From an uncultured Akkermansia sp. (GTDB taxonomy: Bacteria > Verrucomicrobiota > Verrucomicrobiia > Verrucomicrobiales > Akkermansiaceae): a stretch of 48,264 nt of DNA. A program made the position numbers and the translations under genes. Each line of letters begins with the position of its first letter. Position 1 is the first letter of the stretch. This document shows positions 9,778 to 17,111 of this stretch, in pieces. The notes under the pieces were generated by a model that saw only the letters and a list, made by a program, of their open reading frames with translations, was not told where the DNA came from and made no database searches. The DNA is taken from NCBI GenBank assembly GCA_964435145.1, contig CAYSYD010000001.1, positions 1 to 48,264 of the forward strand, given 5' to 3'.

Positions 9778-10764
9778 TTAGCCCACTGTGCAGCGCACGG
9801 AAACGGATTGCGTTTCCGGGAGGATGTATTTGTGAAGTTCCACGGTGGCACGCAAGGCGCCGAATTCCTGCACACAGCAGGTGGCCATGCGGTGGCAAAG
9901 GGTTTCCAGGAGGATGGTGGGCTCCCCTTCTGCAAGGGCGGTGAGGCGTTTAGCCAAGGCATCGTAGTTAATCGTGCGGGAGAGGTTCTCCCCCATGCCG
10001 GCAAAGGCTTCCCGGGGGAGGAGGGAGATGTGTGCCAGCAGGCGCTGGCGCAGGCGGCGCTCCTCCTCCGGCACACCGATGTGGCAGGAAAGCTCCAGAC
10101 CATGAATGTGGATGCTATCCTGCTGCGGAGGCTGCGGGCTGCCGCATTTTTCCATAAGGCTTTGGAGGGCGCCGAGGTGGGGTACCACCAAATCGGGGTT
10201 AGCCATTGCCAGCTGGCGGGCGTTGTTATACCCTGTAAGTACGCCGATGCCCACAATGCCGGCGCAGTGGGCAGCGTTGATATCGTGCTGCATATCGCCA
10301 ATGAAGGCTGTTTCCGCAGGATTCAGCTCGTGCCGGCGCAGGAGGGTGTAAATATAATCCTCCTTATTGCGGATGCCGGAGTGTATATGCTCGAAATAGG
10401 AGCGCATGCCCAGAAAGCGCACCTGCTCATCGAAGGCGCGGGGGTCCATGCTGGTAAGGATAAAGCATCGAATGCCGCGCTCCCGGCAAAACTCCAAAAA
10501 TTCCCGCCCATGCGGGATGCGGCTCACCTCCGTGGCGGAGTGGTCGAAGGCGTGGCGGTAGTGTTTCTCCAAATCGGTAAGGCTGGCCTCCGGGGTTTTC
10601 CGGGCGTAGTAGTCCGGGTAGGGTAGCTGGAACTCCTCCCGAAATTCCTCCCGGCTCAGCGCAGGGCGCCGGTAGCAGGAAAGCACATAGTTCGTGGCTT
10701 CCAGCGTGAGGGCTAAATCATCGCACAAGGTGCCGGACCAATCAAAAATAAGATTTCGAAACAT
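9778..10764 (-). CDS. folB: Fusion of HAD-family phosphatase and dihydroneopterin aldolase (FolB)
   Basis: N-terminal IFDWSGTL, ILTS, FIGDMQHD (HAD motifs I, II, IV); C-terminal IHIHGL..HIGVPEEER..Q, TINY, LLETL, ELHK (FolB catalytic E/Y/E/K). Confidence 0.85.
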   Translation of the reverse strand: MFRNLIFDWSGTLCDDLALTLEATNYVLSCYRRPALSREEFREEFQLPYPDYYARKTPEASLTDLEKHYRHAFDHSATEVSRIPHGREFLEFCRERGIRCFILTSMDPRAFDEQVRFLGMRSYFEHIHSGIRNKEDYIYTLLRRHELNPAETAFIGDMQHDINAAHCAGIVGIGVLTGYNNARQLAMANPDLVVPHLGALQSLMEKCGSPQPPQQDSIHIHGLELSCHIGVPEEERRLRQRLLAHISLLPREAFAGMGENLSRTINYDALAKRLTALAEGEPTILLETLCHRMATCCVQEFGALRATVELHKYILPETQSVSVRCTVG

Positions 10765-10785
10765 GGGAGGACAGAGGGAAAAAAA

Positions 10786-11754
10786 TCACTGTTTTTTGCG
10801 CGGGGTGGCGGAGGTTTTTCCGTAGCCCCGGCGGGCGCCGGTGGTGATGATGCGGTTGCGAAGCTGGTATTTGCGAATGGCTTGTTTGAGGGCGGGATTC
10901 ACAAAGGGGTTATCCTTGCCGTAGCGAGCCCAGGGCCCACCGGGCACTAGGGCAAATTCCACAAAACGCCAGTGTACGGTGGCCATGCCGCCTTCTATGC
11001 CCAGATAATCCCGCACGGCGGGGGAAATATCGATTCCGGCGGCTTTGTTCGCCGTATTCTTGGGGCGTGCCCCCAGGAATACATATTTCCAATCGTCCGT
11101 GCAAAAGGGGCCGCAATCCTCCCATTGGGCAAAGCAATAGCGCCCTTTGTAATAGATTTGTACCCACATTCCGCGGCATACGGATTCGTATTTTCCATCC
11201 TTATCCCGGCGGTACCAGGGGATGACTTTTTCCGCCTCGGGTTTGGGACCTCCTTTATCGATGTCGTTATAGGGGAGGGCTACGTAAAAGGGATTTAGCT
11301 GGGGGGTGAAGCCCTTGGGGGCAAAGGTGCGGGGGTCGCGGTGGGCGGGGTTGGGGTCATCGTACCCGCCGTAATTATCGTCCCATGCGCTATCCCAGCT
11401 GCTGGCAGTATTAGGCACGGGGTTGTTCTGCGTGGCCAGCTCACCGATGTAGAAATACGTGGCGGTGATGTCGAAATGCCAAGGGTAGGCACCCGCGCGC
11501 GGGTGCCGGGGGAGGGTTTTGGGGTCCGGGAAGTTGCGGCGGTGGCTCTGGTCCAACGTGGGACGGAGGGGACCGGCTTTAATGGCGGCCACGCGGAGGC
11601 TTTCCTCGCTCATTTCCTTGCGTGTATCGGAGGCCACGCGGGTCGCGAGTTGGCGGCTGCTCACGCTTGTTTTTTTCTGCCCGGAGGCGGCCTGTGCCTC
11701 CGGCCGGAGCAGGCAGGTTGCAAGCAGGCAGAGGGTGAGCAAAAAGCGCCACAT
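10786..11754 (-). CDS. Secreted protein with RlpA-like double-psi beta-barrel motifs
   Basis: Signal peptide; YVALP, AQWEDCGPF and GIDISPAV resemble the RlpA/expansin DPBB motifs D-x-GP and IDLS. Confidence 0.6.
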   Translation of the reverse strand: MWRFLLTLCLLATCLLRPEAQAASGQKKTSVSSRQLATRVASDTRKEMSEESLRVAAIKAGPLRPTLDQSHRRNFPDPKTLPRHPRAGAYPWHFDITATYFYIGELATQNNPVPNTASSWDSAWDDNYGGYDDPNPAHRDPRTFAPKGFTPQLNPFYVALPYNDIDKGGPKPEAEKVIPWYRRDKDGKYESVCRGMWVQIYYKGRYCFAQWEDCGPFCTDDWKYVFLGARPKNTANKAAGIDISPAVRDYLGIEGGMATVHWRFVEFALVPGGPWARYGKDNPFVNPALKQAIRKYQLRNRIITTGARRGYGKTSATPRKKQ

Positions 11755-11769
11755 TGTAACAGGTGGAGA

Positions 11770-13374
11770 TTACCAATTATGCAATACGGAGGGGCGTGCC
11801 ACGGGCAGTTTATCCGGGGCATCCAGCGTGAAGTGCAGCCCGCGGGATTCCTGGCGGCGAATGGCACAATCCACAATCAGGGCGGCGGTGAGGGCCAGAT
11901 TCCGCAAATCGATAATTTCCGGGGTTACACGGTAGCCCCAGTAGTATTCATTAATCTCGCGGTTAATGTGGCGCAAGCGGGTGGCGGCGCGCTGCAAACG
12001 GTGGTTGGTGCGCACGATGCTCACATAATCCGTCATGGTACGGCGCACCTCGTCCCAGCAGTGGTAAAGGATGGCAAGGTCGTCCTGCTGGGCACGGGCA
12101 CCGTGCTTCCAGGCGGGGATGGGGTATTCCTCCATTTTATGCGCGAGCGGCAGCGTGCGGAGCATGCGCTGCAAGGCGCGCTTGGAAATGACTACGCATT
12201 CCAGCAGGGAATTACTGGCCAAGCGGTTCGCCCCGTGCAGGCCGGTGCAGCCGCTCTCCCCCGCTACGAAGAGGCCCCGCAGGGAGGATTGCCCATCCGT
12301 ATCCGTTTGGACGCCGCCGCATTGGTAGTGCGCGGAGGGCACCACGGGAATCATATCCTTCTCGGCATCGATGCCGTAGTTCTTGCAGGTTTCGTAGATG
12401 TAGGGGAAGCGCTGCGCCATGAATCCGGCGGGCTTGTGGGTCATGTCCAAATACATGCAGGGGTGCCCGGTGCGCAGGATTTCCGTGTTGATGGCGCGTG
12501 CCACAATATCCCGCGGGGCCAGGCTGGCACGCTCATCGTATTTCTGCATGAATTCCCGGCCATCCGGGCCACGCAGTACGCCGCCCTCCCCGCGCACTGC
12601 CTCGGAGATGAGGAAGGTGAGCCCGCTGCGGTCCTTACCTTGCGGGTTGTAAAACGTGGTGGGGTGGAATTGCACGAACTCCAGATTGGAAACGGTGGCG
12701 CCGGCACGCCATGCCATGGCCACGCCATCCCCCGTGGCGGTGGAGGGGTTTGTGGTGTATTGGTACACACGGCCCGTGCCGCCCGTGGCCAGCATGATGC
12801 GGTCCGAGCGGAAAATCTCCACTTCTCCGGTGGCGGGGTTCAGCACATAGGCTCCCAGCACGCGGTCCTCCGTTACGCAGCCCAGTTTGGCGGTTGTAAT
12901 TAAATCGATGGCGATGCGGTGGTCCAGCACGGTGATAGCGGGGTGATTTTGCACGCGCTGCAGGAGTTTCGTGCTGATTTCCAGCCCGGTGGTATCCTTG
13001 GCATGCAGGATGCGGCGTTTGCCGTGGCCGCCCTCGCGCCCAAGTTCAAATTCGCCGTCCTGTTCCTGGTCGAAATCCACGCCCCAATTCAGGAGTTCCT
13101 CAATGGCCTCCGGTGCCTCCGTTACAATGGTGCGCACGGCGTCCGCATCGCAAAGGCCGGCTCCGGCATCCAGAGTATCCGCCACATGTTCCTCGAAGCT
13201 ATCGTTCTTATCCATCACGGCGGCAATGCCGCCTTGAGCCTTAGCCGAACTCGATACAAGGGGATCACTCTTGCACAGAATAATCACCTTACCATGCTCC
13301 GCAGCACGCAGGGCAAAGCTCAACCCTGCCACGCCGCTGCCTATTACCAGAAAGTCAGATGTAATCATCGCCAT
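11770..13374 (-). CDS. nadB: L-aspartate oxidase
   Basis: VIGSGVAGL, AQGGIAAV, REGGH..RRILH..D.TG, EFVQFHPT, LISEAVRGEG, LAPRDIVARAI, HYQCGG, GLHGANRLASNSLLE, ESRGLHF. Confidence 0.97.
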   Translation of the reverse strand: MAMITSDFLVIGSGVAGLSFALRAAEHGKVIILCKSDPLVSSSAKAQGGIAAVMDKNDSFEEHVADTLDAGAGLCDADAVRTIVTEAPEAIEELLNWGVDFDQEQDGEFELGREGGHGKRRILHAKDTTGLEISTKLLQRVQNHPAITVLDHRIAIDLITTAKLGCVTEDRVLGAYVLNPATGEVEIFRSDRIMLATGGTGRVYQYTTNPSTATGDGVAMAWRAGATVSNLEFVQFHPTTFYNPQGKDRSGLTFLISEAVRGEGGVLRGPDGREFMQKYDERASLAPRDIVARAINTEILRTGHPCMYLDMTHKPAGFMAQRFPYIYETCKNYGIDAEKDMIPVVPSAHYQCGGVQTDTDGQSSLRGLFVAGESGCTGLHGANRLASNSLLECVVISKRALQRMLRTLPLAHKMEEYPIPAWKHGARAQQDDLAILYHCWDEVRRTMTDYVSIVRTNHRLQRAATRLRHINREINEYYWGYRVTPEIIDLRNLALTAALIVDCAIRRQESRGLHFTLDAPDKLPVARPSVLHNW

Positions 13375-13395
13375 GATGATATGTGGTGCGGGGGC

Positions 13396-13424
13396 ATTTT
13401 AACACAGCTTGCGGCTATTGACAA
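13396..13424 (-). promoter_or_regulatory. Sigma70 promoter of nadB
   Basis: Minus strand TTGTCA-N17-TAAAAT with TG extended -10. Confidence 0.7.
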
Positions 13425-13532
13425 GGCGCAATGCACCCGAAGGAGGCGGAATATGGCGCAAAACAAGGATGGGCAAGCAGGGAAAAATGCCCTGCCTGCC
13501 CATCCGAACAAATCGGGGAATGTCCGGGTGCC

Positions 13533-15563
13533 TTATTTGGCGGGAACCTCCTTGCCGGTTACCACCGTTTCCAGCGGAATGCGAATGAAACCGATACCGC
13601 GATTACCTGTCTTGCCATTAGTATGGAAGGTCTCGTAGGCAATGCCGACGTGGTTGGCATCCGTCATCGCGATGCAGGAGTAACCCATGCTGCGGCGGGA
13701 ATCGTACACATAGCCGCTATTCCAATTCATGCCATCGTCCGCAGAAACGCGGATGGACATGTTATTTCGGTCGGAGCGGCTGTTGGGGTTGGAGAAGAGA
13801 AGGAGGCGCCCGTAGGCCGTATCCACTTTAACGAGGGAGCCTTGGCAGGTGGGTTCTGCAAGGGTGCAGTTATTCGTGGGGTGGGGCTGCCAGGTTTTGC
13901 CGAGGTCGCGCGTGGTGTAGACGATGCGGTTGCCTTGGCGGTTTTCGTTGCGGCAGTTAATCATAATGGCACCATCCGTAAGTTCCACAACTTGGCACTC
14001 GGAGGTGCTGTGGGGCACGCCGCTGCCATACACCCATGTTTTGCCGCCATCTTTGGAGTAGCAGATGGTACTCATGCAGCGGGGGGATGCGGCGCGGTCC
14101 CAAATCTGAGCGGGGAATACGATGGTACCATCGCGCAGGGTGATGCCGTTGCCGGGGCCGGCAAGGATGGTGGTCCACTCCTCCTTTTTAATTTGGCGGG
14201 TTGGGTTCACATGCTCGCGGCTCCAGGTTTTACCATCATCATCGCTGTATACCATTTCCCACTGGCCGGTGGATTTTTCGTCGAAACCGGTCTTGGAGGT
14301 CCAGAGGGAAGCTCCGCCGCTGAAATGGCAGGCAAGTGCTTGGAGCCAAATGCGCCCATTCTTATCCTGGAGGATGCAGGGGTCTCCGCAGCCATTGGCA
14401 TGGCCGGGGCCGGAATCCATAGCCACGGTGGGCAGAGTCCACGTTTGGCCGCCATCGGTGGAGCGGGTAACAGCCACGTCAATATCGGCGCAGAGGTCGC
14501 CCTCGTGGTGGTAGCGGGCATCGAAACAGGCGATGAGCGCCCCGGTGGAGGACTGAATCATCCCCGGAATGCGGAATGCCACACAGGGGCGAGGGAAGGA
14601 GCCATCCTGCTGCCCGGCCACGGTTTCCCCGGGCATGGCAAGCATGTAACCAATGCGCTGGGTTACCGGGGCATTGCCAATCTTGTATGTCTTACCGGCA
14701 ATGGTAAGTTCCACATCTTCGAGGGTGACGGTGGAACCCACGAGGGCTTTCTCGGAAGGTTCCACATTAAGCCAGAGCCAGGAGGTACCGCCTTCCAGCG
14801 GTGCGCCGCTGGAGATAGTTACGCTGCCGTCCGGGGCGGGAACGGCAGAGCCCAGCACGCCATCGCGGCGGTATTCGGTACCATCCGCATTAGATGTGCA
14901 GAGGGAAATGCGCTCCACGCTGCCGGGCTCGCGAAGGCGCAGGCTTACTTTTTCGACACGCAGGGGGTTTTCCTGCCCGCGGGTATTCACCTGCATTCCC
15001 AGAACGGGGTTGTACGGGGCGCGTTTCATAATGGGGTACACGCCTGTTTTGGCAGCGGCCACGTTCTCCAGCACCATGGGGCCGGTAAAGAGGCTGAGGT
15101 CATCCACCAGAATACCGCCATGGGCGTTCGTATCGGCCATGATGATGAGAGCCGTGGTGCCCACGGGCAGCATGCCCTCCACTTTCAACTTATAGCCACC
15201 GGGGGAAAGATTCGTAATTTTCTTAATTTCCACCTCCTTGCCCATATCCGTCACCGCGAGAACGGAAACGCCAAAGGGGGGGCGAATCGTCCAGCGCTCC
15301 ATCCAGAACTCAAAGCGCGTCTCCTTGGTAATGGGGGCGGCAAGGTTAATGCGTGCCCGGCGCTGCTCCCCGCCGCGAATATGCATGGTGCGGGCACCCG
15401 TGCGAGTATGCTGGTTCAGGATATGCACATGGCCGGGCTGCGCCACCAAGCGGCCGTATTCAATATCCGCCTCACTCACCTGCCCCGTCGGCAGTTTTTC
15501 AAAGCTTTCCGTAGCGAATGCAAGGCTGCACGCCATTGCTGTATACAAGCATTTTCTGAACAT
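13533..15563 (-). CDS. Exo-alpha-sialidase (GH33) with N-terminal accessory domains
   Basis: FRIPG motif, five Asp-boxes (STDGGQTW, SDDDGKTW, SKDGGKTW, TRDLGKTW, SADDGMNW), SECQVVE, GYS, signal peptide. Confidence 0.95.
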   Translation of the reverse strand: MFRKCLYTAMACSLAFATESFEKLPTGQVSEADIEYGRLVAQPGHVHILNQHTRTGARTMHIRGGEQRRARINLAAPITKETRFEFWMERWTIRPPFGVSVLAVTDMGKEVEIKKITNLSPGGYKLKVEGMLPVGTTALIIMADTNAHGGILVDDLSLFTGPMVLENVAAAKTGVYPIMKRAPYNPVLGMQVNTRGQENPLRVEKVSLRLREPGSVERISLCTSNADGTEYRRDGVLGSAVPAPDGSVTISSGAPLEGGTSWLWLNVEPSEKALVGSTVTLEDVELTIAGKTYKIGNAPVTQRIGYMLAMPGETVAGQQDGSFPRPCVAFRIPGMIQSSTGALIACFDARYHHEGDLCADIDVAVTRSTDGGQTWTLPTVAMDSGPGHANGCGDPCILQDKNGRIWLQALACHFSGGASLWTSKTGFDEKSTGQWEMVYSDDDGKTWSREHVNPTRQIKKEEWTTILAGPGNGITLRDGTIVFPAQIWDRAASPRCMSTICYSKDGGKTWVYGSGVPHSTSECQVVELTDGAIMINCRNENRQGNRIVYTTRDLGKTWQPHPTNNCTLAEPTCQGSLVKVDTAYGRLLLFSNPNSRSDRNNMSIRVSADDGMNWNSGYVYDSRRSMGYSCIAMTDANHVGIAYETFHTNGKTGNRGIGFIRIPLETVVTGKEVPAK

Positions 15564-15623
15564 GCTCTCCTTCTAGCATATTCCATGCTACATAGCAAGG
15601 AATAAATAAAGTTAACAGCAAGG

Positions 15624-15657
15624 AAAAAGCACTCCATTCCGAGGAATAGAGTGCTTT
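15624..15657 (-). terminator. Intrinsic terminator downstream of metY
   Basis: Minus strand AAAGCACTCTATTCC-TC-GGAATGGAGTGCTTTTT. Confidence 0.75.
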
Positions 15658-15690
15658 GGCAACTGAAATGGAGGAGGGGGGGGGGGAGGA

Positions 15691-16974
15691 TTAAGCCTCG
15701 CGTATGGCTTCGAAGGCTCGGCGAAGGTCCTCCAGAATATCCTCCGCATCCTCTATACCCACAGAGAAGCGGATGAGATCCGGCTTTACCCCGGCCTCCA
15801 GAAGCTGCTCGTCCGAGAGCTGGCGGTGGGTATGGCTGGCGGGGTGCAGTACACAGGTACGGGCATCCGCCACATGCGTTACGATGCAGGCCAGTTTAAG
15901 ACTATCCATGAAACGGATGGCACGCTCGCGGCCACCTTTAATCCCGAAGGTGACTACGCCGCAAGTGCGGCCGCCATCGAACTGGCGCTGTGCAAGCTCA
16001 TAGTATTTATTGGAGGGGAGACCGGCATAGTTAATCCACGCCACATCCACCTGCTGTTGGAGGAATTCTGCCACTTTTTGGGCGTTTTCGCAATGGCGCG
16101 GCACACGCAGGTGGAGGGTCTCCAGCCCCAGATTCAACAGGAAGGCATTGAAGGGAGAGGGAATGGAGCCCAAATCGCGCATGAGCTGCACGGTACATTT
16201 GGTAATATAAGCCCCTTGGCCAAAGGCCTCCGTATACACCAAGCCATGGTAGGAATCGTCCGGGGTGGTGAGGCCGGGGAATTTATCTTTGTGGGCAGTC
16301 CAATCGAAGCGCCCGCTATCCACAATCACGCCGCCCACTTGCGTGGCATGGCCATCCATGTATTTGGTGGTGGAGTGCATCACAATATCTGCGCCATGCT
16401 CAAAGGGGCGGCAGTTGATGGGTGTGGCAAAGGTGTTATCCACCACCAGCGGCACTCCGTTTCGGTGGGCAATGGAGGCCATGCGGGCAATATCCAGCAC
16501 TTGGAGGGATGGGTTGGAAATCGTCTCGCCGAAGAGGCACTTGGTATTCGGGCGGAAAGCGGCTTGGATTTCCTCATCGCTGGCATCTTGGTCCACAAAG
16601 GTTACCTCGATGCCCAGTTTACGGAAAGTAACGGCAAAGAGGTTATAAGTGCCGCCGTAAATGGCGGAGGTGGATACGAAGTGGTCTCCCGCCTCGCAGA
16701 TGTTGAAGATGGAATAGAAGGATGCCGCCTGCCCGGAGGAGGTGAGAATGGCCGCCACACCGCCTTCCAATTCCGCAATCTTCTTCGCCACACATTCATT
16801 CGTAGGATTCTGCAAACGGGTATAAAAGAAACCGGCCTCCTCCAAATCAAACAGGCGTGCCATCTGGTCGCTCGTTTCGTACTTAAACGTGGTGGATTGG
16901 TAGATGGGCAGCACGCGGGGTTCTCCCTTGCCGGGCTGCCAACCGCTCTGAACGCAGATGGTGGATGTTTTCAT
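15691..16974 (-). CDS. metY: O-acetylhomoserine aminocarboxypropyltransferase/sulfhydrylase
   Basis: PIYQSTTF, FYTRLQNPT, SSGQAA, VDNTFATP, HSTTKYMDGH (PLP lysine), HPASHTHRQL, IRFSVGIE. Confidence 0.93.
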   Translation of the reverse strand: MKTSTICVQSGWQPGKGEPRVLPIYQSTTFKYETSDQMARLFDLEEAGFFYTRLQNPTNECVAKKIAELEGGVAAILTSSGQAASFYSIFNICEAGDHFVSTSAIYGGTYNLFAVTFRKLGIEVTFVDQDASDEEIQAAFRPNTKCLFGETISNPSLQVLDIARMASIAHRNGVPLVVDNTFATPINCRPFEHGADIVMHSTTKYMDGHATQVGGVIVDSGRFDWTAHKDKFPGLTTPDDSYHGLVYTEAFGQGAYITKCTVQLMRDLGSIPSPFNAFLLNLGLETLHLRVPRHCENAQKVAEFLQQQVDVAWINYAGLPSNKYYELAQRQFDGGRTCGVVTFGIKGGRERAIRFMDSLKLACIVTHVADARTCVLHPASHTHRQLSDEQLLEAGVKPDLIRFSVGIEDAEDILEDLRRAFEAIREA

Positions 16975-16997
16975 GATGATAAAAAGGGTGCGGGGGC

Positions 16998-17027
16998 ATC
17001 ATAGCACAGCGCCCCCGCAGTAATCAA
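16998..17027 (-). promoter_or_regulatory. Sigma70 promoter of metY
   Basis: Minus strand TTGATT-N18-TATGAT with TG extended -10; the -10 box lies in the loop of a 9-bp inverted repeat (16989-17019). Confidence 0.65.
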
Positions 17028-17070
17028 GACCAATTCTGTGGGATTTCGGGCATCGCATATGTGTTTAGGG

Positions 17071-17099
17071 TTGACTCTACCGGAGCAACCCGATAGAAT
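17071..17099 (+). promoter_or_regulatory. Sigma70 promoter of the 17112-21992 cluster
   Basis: TTGACT-N17-TAGAAT, 12 nt before ATG. Confidence 0.75.
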
Positions 17100-17111
17100 G
17101 GGAACACTGAT

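Noticed and set aside
16975..17111. SAM or T-box riboswitch for metY
   Set aside because: The predicted leader is too short and lacks the conserved motifs.
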